Below are positions 8,848 to 15,985 of a stretch of DNA of 20,490 bases, piece by piece. This DNA comes from Candidatus Fraserbacteria bacterium (GTDB taxonomy: Bacteria > Bipolaricaulota > Bipolaricaulia > RBG-16-55-9): the NCBI GenBank assembly GCA_037442925.1, contig JBBIPG010000039.1, positions 1 through 20,490 on the forward strand, written 5' to 3'. Within the stretch, counting starts at the first letter, position 1, and every line of letters starts with the position of its first letter. A program made the translations under genes and the position numbers. Under the pieces are notes generated by a model. It had not been told where the DNA came from. It searched no databases and was given only the letters and a program-made list of their open reading frames with translations.

Positions 8848-9033
8848 TCAGGCTTTCACGACTCTTCCGGCTTTCAAGCATCGCGTGCAGACCGTCAGGG
8901 TCACCCGGTGGCCGTTCTGGAGCGCCCTTACTCTTTGAAGATTGGGTCGACGAGCTCGATTCACCCGGTTCCCCGCGTGGCTCACTTTGTGGCCGAAGCT
9001 TACCCCTTTGCCACAGATTTCACAGACCGCCAT
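8848..9033 (-). CDS. rpmB: 50S ribosomal protein L28
   Basis: MAVCEICGKGVSFGHKVSHAGNRVNRARRPNLQ...VCTRCLKAG is the Zn-ribbon L28 form. True start is ATG 9033; SD-like GAGGTG overlaps the etfA stop. Confidence 0.95.
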   Translation of the reverse strand: MAVCEICGKGVSFGHKVSHAGNRVNRARRPNLQRVRALQNGHRVTLTVCTRCLKAGRVVKA

Positions 9034-9043
9034 ATGAATCGCT

Positions 9044-10015
9044 TCACCTCGCTTTGACCTTGGTAATCTCTTCAATCAATGCCGGGACGATCTCATGGAG
9101 ATCCCCAATGACACCGTAATCGGCTCGGGAGAAGATGGGCGCTTCGGGATCTTTGTTGATGGCCAGAATGCGCTTTGTCCCCTTAAGCCCTACCATGTGT
9201 TGAATGGCGCCACTAATCCCACAGGCAATATAGAGATCAGGCGCGATCTGTGTGCCCGTCTGCCCGATTTGATCCGCATGGGGACGCCAACCGTTGTTCG
9301 TGGCCACGCGGGTTCCACCTACGGCCCCACCCAAGAGCTTGGCCAGTTCTTCGAGAATCCGAAAACCCTCCGCGCTCCCTACGCCACGTCCTCCTCCAAC
9401 GACCACTTTGGCTTCGGGCAGCGATACTCCGGTCTTTTCCGATTCGATGCGCCTGACGACCCTTACCCGAAAATCCTTCTCATCGAGCGAAGGGCGAAAC
9501 TCTTCCGTGACAAACTCCCGCGCCGGAGAACTCTGTGCCGCCACCGCATGAGGAGCAACCGTGAAGAGCTTGGGTTCGTTCAGGAGTTCTGCTTCTTCCA
9601 GAAGGCTTCCTCCCCATCGCAGCCGCGTCACACCGAACGATGCCCCCGGCCGGACCTCCGTGCAGTTGGCTGCCATCCCCACGCCCAAGCTGGCAGCCAC
9701 GCGCGCCAGGAGTTCATTCCCGCGGTCCGTCCCTGCCGCTGTGACCACCTGCGGGCGGACGGACCCAATCAGCTGAACCAGGCTCTTGGTCCAAGCCTCC
9801 GGTGCAAAGTCACTGAAACGCTCATCCTGCACGAGATGGGCTCTCGGTACTCCATACGCTTTCAAGGACGCAGCCAACGCCTGAATCTCTCTGCCGATCA
9901 GCACCGCATGTACAGCAGCACCTATCTGCTGAGAGAGGCCCCGCGCGAGCGTGAGCATCTCCAGCGATGCCTCTGCAATCTTCCCTCGATCATGCTCTAT
10001 GATTCCAAGGATCAT
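9044..10015 (-). CDS. etfA: Electron transfer flavoprotein alpha subunit
   Basis: FAD-binding signature VVVGGGRG, QIGQTG, LYIACGISGAIQHMVG, AINKDPEAPIF. Confidence 0.95.
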   Translation of the reverse strand: MILGIIEHDRGKIAEASLEMLTLARGLSQQIGAAVHAVLIGREIQALAASLKAYGVPRAHLVQDERFSDFAPEAWTKSLVQLIGSVRPQVVTAAGTDRGNELLARVAASLGVGMAANCTEVRPGASFGVTRLRWGGSLLEEAELLNEPKLFTVAPHAVAAQSSPAREFVTEEFRPSLDEKDFRVRVVRRIESEKTGVSLPEAKVVVGGGRGVGSAEGFRILEELAKLLGGAVGGTRVATNNGWRPHADQIGQTGTQIAPDLYIACGISGAIQHMVGLKGTKRILAINKDPEAPIFSRADYGVIGDLHEIVPALIEEITKVKAR

Positions 10016-10017
10016 CT

Positions 10018-10767
10018 CTAGATCACCCCGAGCTCCTTGAGCTTCGCCATAACCACGGGCACGGCTTCTTTACCTTGACCCAGTATCTCGACTTGGCCGC
10101 TGCGCTCCGCCGGTTTTTTCAATCTCTGCTTGACCAGCTGCGCCTGAGGTTTAGAGAGTTTGATCCGCTCAATCTCCTTCTTCTTGGCCGTCATGATGCC
10201 GCGTAGCGAAGGATGCCGAGGAGAGTTGATTCCCTCTTTCACCGTGAAGACAGCCGGCAGCGGGAGTTCATACACCTCCCAGCCGCCTAAGACCTCACGC
10301 TTGGCAATGGCTTTGCCGTCTTGAATCTCGAGGGCTTTGATGCCAGCGACACAAGGGATATCCAGTGCCTGAGCCACACGGATTCCCACTTGATAATTGC
10401 ACCCATCGGCACACTCATTTCCGAACAAGAGCACATCAAACCGGCTCGCACGAACGGCCTCAACAATCGCTTGGGCTGTGGCTTGTGGATCCCATTCACT
10501 CCCGTCTGTCTCTAGAAGAACCGCACGTTCGATGCCCTTGGCCAGCGCTTCACGAAGCTGTTCCGCGGCCGCCTCTGGCCCCAGGGTCAATACGGTCGAA
10601 CTGCCGCCATGCTTCTCGATCAACCGAATGGCCTCTTCGACCGCACACTCCTCGTGTGGGCTGATCGTGAACTCCATGTTGCGCGTGTCGATGGCCTGGG
10701 CATCGGCTGTAAGCTCAAACCGCGCTCCGGTATCGGGTACACGCTTGACGCAGACCAGTACGTTCAT
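10018..10767 (-). CDS. etfB: Electron transfer flavoprotein beta subunit
   Basis: MNVLVCVKRVPD, ECAVEEAIRL, PRHPSLRGIMTAKKK. ATG 10767 is preferred; GTG 10776 is the alternative. Confidence 0.93.
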   Translation of the reverse strand: MNVLVCVKRVPDTGARFELTADAQAIDTRNMEFTISPHEECAVEEAIRLIEKHGGSSTVLTLGPEAAAEQLREALAKGIERAVLLETDGSEWDPQATAQAIVEAVRASRFDVLLFGNECADGCNYQVGIRVAQALDIPCVAGIKALEIQDGKAIAKREVLGGWEVYELPLPAVFTVKEGINSPRHPSLRGIMTAKKKEIERIKLSKPQAQLVKQRLKKPAERSGQVEILGQGKEAVPVVMAKLKELGVI

Positions 10768-10785
10768 TCTCCTCACCTGATCGAA

Positions 10786-11484
10786 CTACCTCACCCCGGC
10801 CTTTGGCCACCCCTCCCCGATTCGGAGAGGGGGTGGGGGAGAGGTCAGATAATGCGGCTCCAACTCGTAGAATTCATCGTGGCCGGATCTTTGATACGTT
10901 TCCCACCCCAGTCGGGCCATCTGAAGACCAGAAGGGCGATTGAGTATCGGCGGTGCCACAGCTCTGGGACCGAATCTGGCCCTGAGCCTTGCACGATGCT
11001 CCTCTGCGCCAGGTCCGATGAAAAGCAATCCCTCTGGACTTTCGAGCTTCTGCATGAGGGTCTCTAGCAAAACCGTCTGGACAGGGGCCAATAGCTTGCC
11101 CTGATGATAGCCGGCGGCATAGACCCAATCACGGCGGTCCACCAGCAAAACCCAGACCGGGCCCTCCCAGAAATCCGCGGCGCGTGCGTACGCCTCGATA
11201 GTTGAAACCCCAACAATGGGAATCTTCAAAGCACGAGCTAAGCCCTTGGCCGTCGCAATCCCGATGCGCAGGCTCGTGAATGATCCAGGGCCGATGGAGA
11301 CTGCCAGCAACTCCAACTCTCGCCGTCGGGATCCCGCAAGCTTCAAGGCCGCATCCAGGGCTGGCAGGAGTTTCTCCCCCTGCTTAAGGGCTGCAGAGAA
11401 GGCGATCTCACTTAGGGGACGGCCCTCTTGCTGAAGACCCACGCACCCTTGCTCGCCGCCGGTATCCAAGCCCGCGATGAGCAT
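10786..11484 (-). CDS. tsaB: tRNA threonylcarbamoyladenosine biosynthesis protein TsaB
   Basis: MLIAGLDTG N-terminus, VSIGPGSFTSLRIGIATAKGLA signature, LEPHYL near the end. Start is set at ATG 11484 rather than the ORF-track 11580. Confidence 0.92.
   Translation of the reverse strand: MLIAGLDTGGEQGCVGLQQEGRPLSEIAFSAALKQGEKLLPALDAALKLAGSRRRELELLAVSIGPGSFTSLRIGIATAKGLARALKIPIVGVSTIEAYARAADFWEGPVWVLLVDRRDWVYAAGYHQGKLLAPVQTVLLETLMQKLESPEGLLFIGPGAEEHRARLRARFGPRAVAPPILNRPSGLQMARLGWETYQRSGHDEFYELEPHYLTSPPPPLRIGEGWPKAGVR
10788..10845. repeat. GC-rich branched palindromic REP-like element overlapping the tsaB 3' end
   Basis: Outer arms ACCTCACCCC/GGGGAGAGGT. Inner hairpins GGCC-TTT-GGCC and CCCCTCCCCG-ATT-CGGAGAGGGG. 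Confidence 0.7.
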
Positions 11485-11492
11485 GACATCGC

Positions 11493-11521
11493 ATTGTAGA
11501 AGACGGAGTAATTCGATGCAA
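11493..11521 (-). promoter_or_regulatory. Sigma70 promoter of tsaB operon (probably leaderless)
   Basis: TTGCAT (11521-11516), 17-nt spacer, TACAAT (11498-11493), then 8 nt to the ATG with no SD. Confidence 0.7.
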
Positions 11522-11528
11522 GCCCCGC

Positions 11529-11557
11529 TTGACGCAGAAACCGTTTCATGGTATAGT
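11529..11557 (+). promoter_or_regulatory. Sigma70 promoter of glutaredoxin gene, back-to-back with the tsaB promoter
   Basis: TTGACG (11529-11534), 17-nt spacer, TATAGT (11552-11557), with extended TG. Confidence 0.75.
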
Positions 11558-11596
11558 GCAACCCTACTATCGATCATCAAAGGAAGGGACTTCAGG

Positions 11597-11833
11597 ATGC
11601 CTCAAGTTACTATTTACACGACACCTACCTGCACGTACTGCAAATCCGCCAAGAAATTCTTCGAGGATCACCAGATCGAGTACGCGGAATACGATGTCTC
11701 CAAAGACATCGAAAAAGCTCAGTACATGGTGGAGAAATCCGGTCAGACAGGTGTACCCGTAATCGAAATCGATGACGAGATCATCATCGGGTTTGACAAG
11801 CGCCGCATCGCCTCTACTCTGGGAATCGACTAG
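11597..11833 (+). CDS. Glutaredoxin-like protein (NrdH/YruB family)
   Basis: MPQVTIYTTPTCTYC (CxxC), SGQTGVPVI, IIGFD. Purine-rich SD AGGAAGG upstream of ATG 11597. Confidence 0.9.
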   Translation: MPQVTIYTTPTCTYCKSAKKFFEDHQIEYAEYDVSKDIEKAQYMVEKSGQTGVPVIEIDDEIIIGFDKRRIASTLGID

Positions 11834-12743
11834 TCTTCTTGTGCCAGCGAGCGAAGAACTGGCGCGTGACCTCCACATCAGCCTGAATCTGAGCTCTTAG
11901 TTCTTCCAGAGTAGAGAAGCGTTGGTCGTCTCGCAGGCGGGCGAATAGCTGCACTGCCAGCTCTGTCCCATAGAGCCCTAGCTCCTTCTTTAGATCAGCT
12001 TCCAGAATGTGAACCTCAATCGAGATACGGGCACCATCGAATGTGGGACGCCGCCCAATGTAGAGCGCACCTGCTCTTCGCTCGTTCTCATAGAAGACTT
12101 GGGCCGCATAGATCCCTTCTCTGGGCACGAGAAGATCCGGGTCAAGAGCCAGATTGGCCGTAGGGAAACCCAATATCCGCCCCTGTCCCTCTCCGGCGAT
12201 GACTCGCCCCCAGAGCTGGGGGGGATTCCCTAGAAACCTCGTGGCTCGTTCGACGTCCCCTGCTTGGAGGGCCTCGCGAATGGCCGTGCTGCTCACTTGT
12301 TCTCCTTGCACGAAGATGGGTTCCACAACGTGAACATCCATCCCCAACTCGCTACCCAAGTGCTGCAGCGTGGAGACGTTACCCGCTCGATTTCGACCAA
12401 AGCAGAAGTTACTGCCAACGACCACGGCCCTTGCGCACAGACGCTCGTGCAGAATCTGGGTCACGAATTCTTGCGGTGAGAGGGGCTGAATCTCTGGAAA
12501 TTCGCTGACGATCACTTGATCCACAGATTGCTTAAGAAGTGTGATTCTCTTTTCGGCCGGCATCAGGAGCGGCTTCGCTCGGCCCAAATAACTCTGAGGC
12601 GGACGGGAAAAGGTAAAGACCAGACTCCGAAGACCGCGTCTTCGGGCAAGCTCTTGGGTTCGCTGCAGCAAGGCCCGGTGGCCCAGATGGAGCCCATCGA
12701 ACGTTCCGATGGTGACAACGGAAGGAGCCCTTAGCTCAGCCAT
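11814..12743 (-). CDS. ribF: Bifunctional riboflavin kinase/FAD synthetase
   Basis: IGTFDGLHLGH, VSSTAIR, GRILGFPTAN, IEVHIL, RLRDDQRF. Confidence 0.96.
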   Translation of the reverse strand: MAELRAPSVVTIGTFDGLHLGHRALLQRTQELARRRGLRSLVFTFSRPPQSYLGRAKPLLMPAEKRITLLKQSVDQVIVSEFPEIQPLSPQEFVTQILHERLCARAVVVGSNFCFGRNRAGNVSTLQHLGSELGMDVHVVEPIFVQGEQVSSTAIREALQAGDVERATRFLGNPPQLWGRVIAGEGQGRILGFPTANLALDPDLLVPREGIYAAQVFYENERRAGALYIGRRPTFDGARISIEVHILEADLKKELGLYGTELAVQLFARLRDDQRFSTLEELRAQIQADVEVTRQFFARWHKKTSRFPE

Positions 12744-13707
12744 GAGGTTGCGCGGCGAGCGCCCTTTGGACTTCGGCGATCACGCGCGCTTCTACGTCCT
12801 CCAAGGTTCCAGGGATCAGGCATCCGGAGGCTTGCTTGTGCCCACCACCCGAGAAGAGCCGCGCAATGCGGCTGACATCCAACCCCTCGTCTTTGGCACG
12901 CAGGCTCACCTTGATCTTGCCTGTACCCATCTCTTTGAAGAGCAGAGCGACCCGAACGCCATCCGTCGCCCGCAACTCCTCTGCGAGCCTCTCCGTGTCA
13001 TTGACGCTGGCATCCGCTTGCCGGAAGGCCTCCTGCGAGATCGAGCTCCAGATGATGCCGTCACGGACTTGAGCATTCAAGAGCGTGTGACCCAAGATTC
13101 TGACTTCAGGCAATGTGCGCCGCTCGTAGATCTGTACGGCCACTTCGCGGGCTTGAGCCCCATAGCTCAGTAGCTCCGTCGCCACGCGCAACGCATCGAC
13201 ACTCACGTTGGAGTTTCGGAATGAGTCGGTGTCGGCAACGATCCCGGCATAGAGGCATGTGGCCAGTTCCGGCGTGATCTTCACTCCCAAGTGTTGAGCC
13301 AGTGTGTGCAAGAGCATCGTCGTGGAGGCAGTCGCCTTGACCCAATTGATGTGTCCAAAACGTGGGTTATCCCCATGGTGATCGATGTTGACGATGAGAG
13401 GGTGATCTTTGACCAATTGGAGAACGGCCTCCCCTACGCGGTTCAGCTGGCCACAATCGACTACGAACCAAGCGTCCATCGGTCCTCGCGGGCTCTCGAG
13501 GGCCGAGTGGATCGAGTCCGCGCCGGGAAGAAAGCGCAACGTCTCTGGAACTGGGTCACGCAACACAAGCCAAGTCTTCTTCCCCAAGGCTTCCAGGATG
13601 TGTTTGATCGCCAGTTGACTCCCCACGGCGTCCGCCTCCGGGCTCAAATGGGAAGTGACAGCAAACCACTCGTACTCTCGAATTACGTGGATGACCTGAT
13701 CGATCAT
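12736..13707 (-). CDS. nrnA: DHH/DHHA1 phosphoesterase (nanoRNase/pAp phosphatase NrnA)
   Basis: [45 protein letters not shown]. Confidence 0.9.
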   Translation of the reverse strand: MIDQVIHVIREYEWFAVTSHLSPEADAVGSQLAIKHILEALGKKTWLVLRDPVPETLRFLPGADSIHSALESPRGPMDAWFVVDCGQLNRVGEAVLQLVKDHPLIVNIDHHGDNPRFGHINWVKATASTTMLLHTLAQHLGVKITPELATCLYAGIVADTDSFRNSNVSVDALRVATELLSYGAQAREVAVQIYERRTLPEVRILGHTLLNAQVRDGIIWSSISQEAFRQADASVNDTERLAEELRATDGVRVALLFKEMGTGKIKVSLRAKDEGLDVSRIARLFSGGGHKQASGCLIPGTLEDVEARVIAEVQRALAAQPHG

Positions 13708-13732
13708 GTCGTGGCTCAGTATACTTCATCAG

Positions 13733-13762
13733 TTGCTGGAGTGCGAGCCGGTTCATTAGAAT
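13733..13762 (+). promoter_or_regulatory. Promoter of ruvB (probably leaderless)
   Basis: TTGCTG (13733-13738), 18-nt spacer, TAGAAT (13757-13762), then 7 nt to ATG 13770 with no SD. Confidence 0.6.
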
Positions 13763-13769
13763 AAGCCCT

Positions 13770-14819
13770 ATGGTCCGCGAGGCGATCACCCGAGGCGAGG
13801 AGCGCGAAGAGGATCGAGTCATCCAGTCGCTTCGTCCGAGGAAACTCGCGGATTTCATCGGCCAAGAGAGGATCAAAACCCAGCTTCAGCTCTATATGGA
13901 AGCCGCCGCGCGCCGTCGTGAAGTGCTCGACCACATTCTCTTACATGGCCCTCCGGGCCTGGGCAAGACATCACTGGCACACATCGTCGCTGCCGAGCTG
14001 AACGTGAACATAAAGCTCACATCGGGTCCGGTCATCGAGCGCCCGGGAGATCTGGCTGCCATCATCACCGGCCTTTCGGAAGGCGATGTGCTCTTCATCG
14101 ATGAGATCCACCGCCTGAGGCGCAATGTCGAAGAGCTGCTCTATCCCGCCATGGAGGACTTTAAGCTGGACATCGTGATCGGTGAGGGTCCCAGTGCCCA
14201 GTCGCTGCGCATCGATGTTCCCTGCTTTACGCTAATCGGGGCGACCACACGCACTGGGCTGCTCACGTCACCGCTGCGCGATCGTTTTGAGGTGATCTTT
14301 CATCTGGATTTTTACAGCGAAGCCGAACTGCAAGAGATTGTGCGACGGGGAGCTGCCATTCTCCAGGTGGAGATCACGGAAGAAGGGACACGGGAGATTG
14401 CCCGTCGGGCGCGAGGCACTCCTCGCGTCGCCCATAGATTGCTCAAGCGCGTGCGCGACTACGCTCAAGTGAAGGGGCCTTCTGGCGAAAAGACGGTGAT
14501 CACCTGTGAGATCGCCCGCGAGGCGCTTACGATGCTCGGAGTAGACGAAGAAGGATTGGATGAACTCGACCTGAAAATCCTACACACTCTCATCGAAAAG
14601 TTCTCCGGCGGACCCGTGGGTCTCGAAACCTTATCTGCTGCGCTCAGTGAAGAGAAAGATACCCTCTCGGAAGTCTATGAGCCCTACTTGCTCAAGAGGG
14701 GATTCATACAGCGCACACAACAAGGGCGCGTGGCAACGGAGCAAGCCTATCGCCATCTGCGGCTGAAGCCGCCGGCTCAATCCCTGAGATTGATCGCAGA
14801 AGAGTCCGAAGAGGGTTGA
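13770..14819 (+). CDS. ruvB: Holliday junction branch migration helicase RuvB
   Basis: [13 protein letters not shown], Walker A GPPGLGKT, Walker [32 protein letters not shown]. Confidence 0.97.
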   Translation: MVREAITRGEEREEDRVIQSLRPRKLADFIGQERIKTQLQLYMEAAARRREVLDHILLHGPPGLGKTSLAHIVAAELNVNIKLTSGPVIERPGDLAAIITGLSEGDVLFIDEIHRLRRNVEELLYPAMEDFKLDIVIGEGPSAQSLRIDVPCFTLIGATTRTGLLTSPLRDRFEVIFHLDFYSEAELQEIVRRGAAILQVEITEEGTREIARRARGTPRVAHRLLKRVRDYAQVKGPSGEKTVITCEIAREALTMLGVDEEGLDELDLKILHTLIEKFSGGPVGLETLSAALSEEKDTLSEVYEPYLLKRGFIQRTQQGRVATEQAYRHLRLKPPAQSLRLIAEESEEG

Positions 14820-15031
14820 TCGAGTGTGCTGGTCCCGGCAATGAGTTCTTTCGCACGCTCGTAATCGTCCTCCGACACACAGACCCAGGGATAGGTATCG
14901 GCAAGAGGGATATCTCCTAGAAGCCACTGCATGTGCTCCCCTTGGACTACGGCTTCAATCCCTTGCGATGCCAAGAAGCCCCTGATGAGATGGGCCTCTT
15001 GCGGGCTCTGCGCGATGTAGACTCGTTTCAT
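14777..15031 (-). CDS. DUF2007 (putative signal-transducing) small protein
   Basis: MKRVY...[21 protein letters not shown]...[15 protein letters not shown] fits the DUF2007 pattern. ATGA overlap with the upstream HTH gene. Confidence 0.8.
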   Translation of the reverse strand: MKRVYIAQSPQEAHLIRGFLASQGIEAVVQGEHMQWLLGDIPLADTYPWVCVSEDDYERAKELIAGTSTLDQPSSDSSAINLRD

Positions 15032-15369
15032 CTTCTCTTGGAAGACTTCGCTCGCTTCTTCGCTGATGATTTCTTCGCCTTCGTCCGTTTCTTCGTGGAC
15101 TTCTTGCCCACTGGCCCCGCTTGCTGAACGAATTCATCTACTTTCTTTGTGTCGACATCCTTCAAGCGCTTGGCGAGGCTCTTGAGTTCTTGCGAAGTCA
15201 CCTCTTCATCGAGCCACGCTTCCAGTTGATCCAGAGGGATCCGCCACTGGCCGGCGATCTGGATGCCCGGAAGTTCACCGCTCTCCAGCATCGCCTGAAC
15301 CTCTTCCAGCGGGATGCCTAAATATTGAGCCGCTGTCACCGGTCGCAAGTACCCACCCAGCTGTCTCAA
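15028..15369 (-). CDS. Excisionase-like HTH (HTH_17) DNA-binding protein with Lys/Arg-rich C-terminal tail
   Basis: YLRPVTAAQYLGI...GELPGIQIAGQWRIPLDQLEAWL, with tail [28 protein letters not shown] start with GAGGAG SD (15379-15384). Confidence 0.8.
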   Translation of the reverse strand: MRQLGGYLRPVTAAQYLGIPLEEVQAMLESGELPGIQIAGQWRIPLDQLEAWLDEEVTSQELKSLAKRLKDVDTKKVDEFVQQAGPVGKKSTKKRTKAKKSSAKKRAKSSKRR

Positions 15370-15391
15370 CGTCCATCACTCCTCTGAAATT

Positions 15392-15922
15392 TCAGATCTT
15401 GCGCAGCCGCCGCATGCCTGCGATGAACTCGCGCACCACGCCCGTGAAGCGCTCCCAACAGAGAATCAAGGCGAGCACGATCCAGACGAGATAGGCGTAT
15501 GCTGCCCAGGACGACTCCTGATATGCGATGATCAAAGGAAGAGCCACCAGAGGGAAGGCAAACATCTCTGTCACCGACTTGGAGCCGGATGACCAGAGGA
15601 TGAAGATCGCGGCAATGGTCGTGTAGACCAAGGCCAAAGGCAGAGAGACGAAGCCGGAGAAGGTGAGATACACAAATCCAGAGAAGACCATGACCATGTC
15701 CAGCAGAAAGTCGTGCTCGCCTAGCCATGTGTTCTCCGCTGCTCCGGGCAACTCGCTTCGGGCGCGCCGCGCCAAGCGCCCGTCGAAGATGTCCGTGGTC
15801 CAGCCGAGAATCGTGAGGAGAACAACCCAGGGCAAGGCTGCTTTGCCTCGTAAGCTCAGGGCCACAATGACGATGGCGATGAGCGCCCGCGAAGCTGTGA
15901 ACCAATCGGCCAATCTCTTCAT
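15392..15922 (-). CDS. CDP-alcohol phosphatidyltransferase family membrane protein
   Basis: ADWFTASR (NxxTxxR-like) and the TDIFDGRLARR...G..D...D motif, with about 5-6 hydrophobic helices. Confidence 0.78.
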   Translation of the reverse strand: MKRLADWFTASRALIAIVIVALSLRGKAALPWVVLLTILGWTTDIFDGRLARRARSELPGAAENTWLGEHDFLLDMVMVFSGFVYLTFSGFVSLPLALVYTTIAAIFILWSSGSKSVTEMFAFPLVALPLIIAYQESSWAAYAYLVWIVLALILCWERFTGVVREFIAGMRRLRKI

Positions 15923-15956
15923 CTTCTCACGCCCCCTTCATACCCTACTCTAGAAA

Positions 15957-15985
15957 ATAATAGCCTCAAGCGCAGGGAGAGTCAA
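15957..15985 (-). promoter_or_regulatory. Sigma70 promoter for the phosphatidyltransferase-HTH-DUF2007 operon
   Basis: TTGACT (15985-15980, overlapping the upstream stop codon), 17-nt spacer, TATTAT (15962-15957). Confidence 0.65.

Noticed and set aside
9034..9075. 14-aa N-terminal extension of L28
   Set aside because: It overlaps etfA, and L28 similarity begins at ATG 9033.
9095..10021. 308-aa plus-strand ORF
   Set aside because: It is the antisense shadow of the well-conserved etfA and has no recognisable motifs.
11485..11596. ORF-track N-terminal extensions of tsaB (11580) and glutaredoxin (11477)
   Set aside because: They would overlap each other and run through two clear divergent promoters. 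Family similarity starts at 11484 and 11597.
15028..15369. Prophage or ICE suggested by the excisionase-like gene
   Set aside because: No integrase, att-like repeat, tRNA or phage gene is nearby, and composition matches the host.
15366..15905. 179-aa minus-strand ORF overlapping the phosphatidyltransferase
   Set aside because: It is an alternate frame; the 15392-15922 frame holds the family motif and TM helices.
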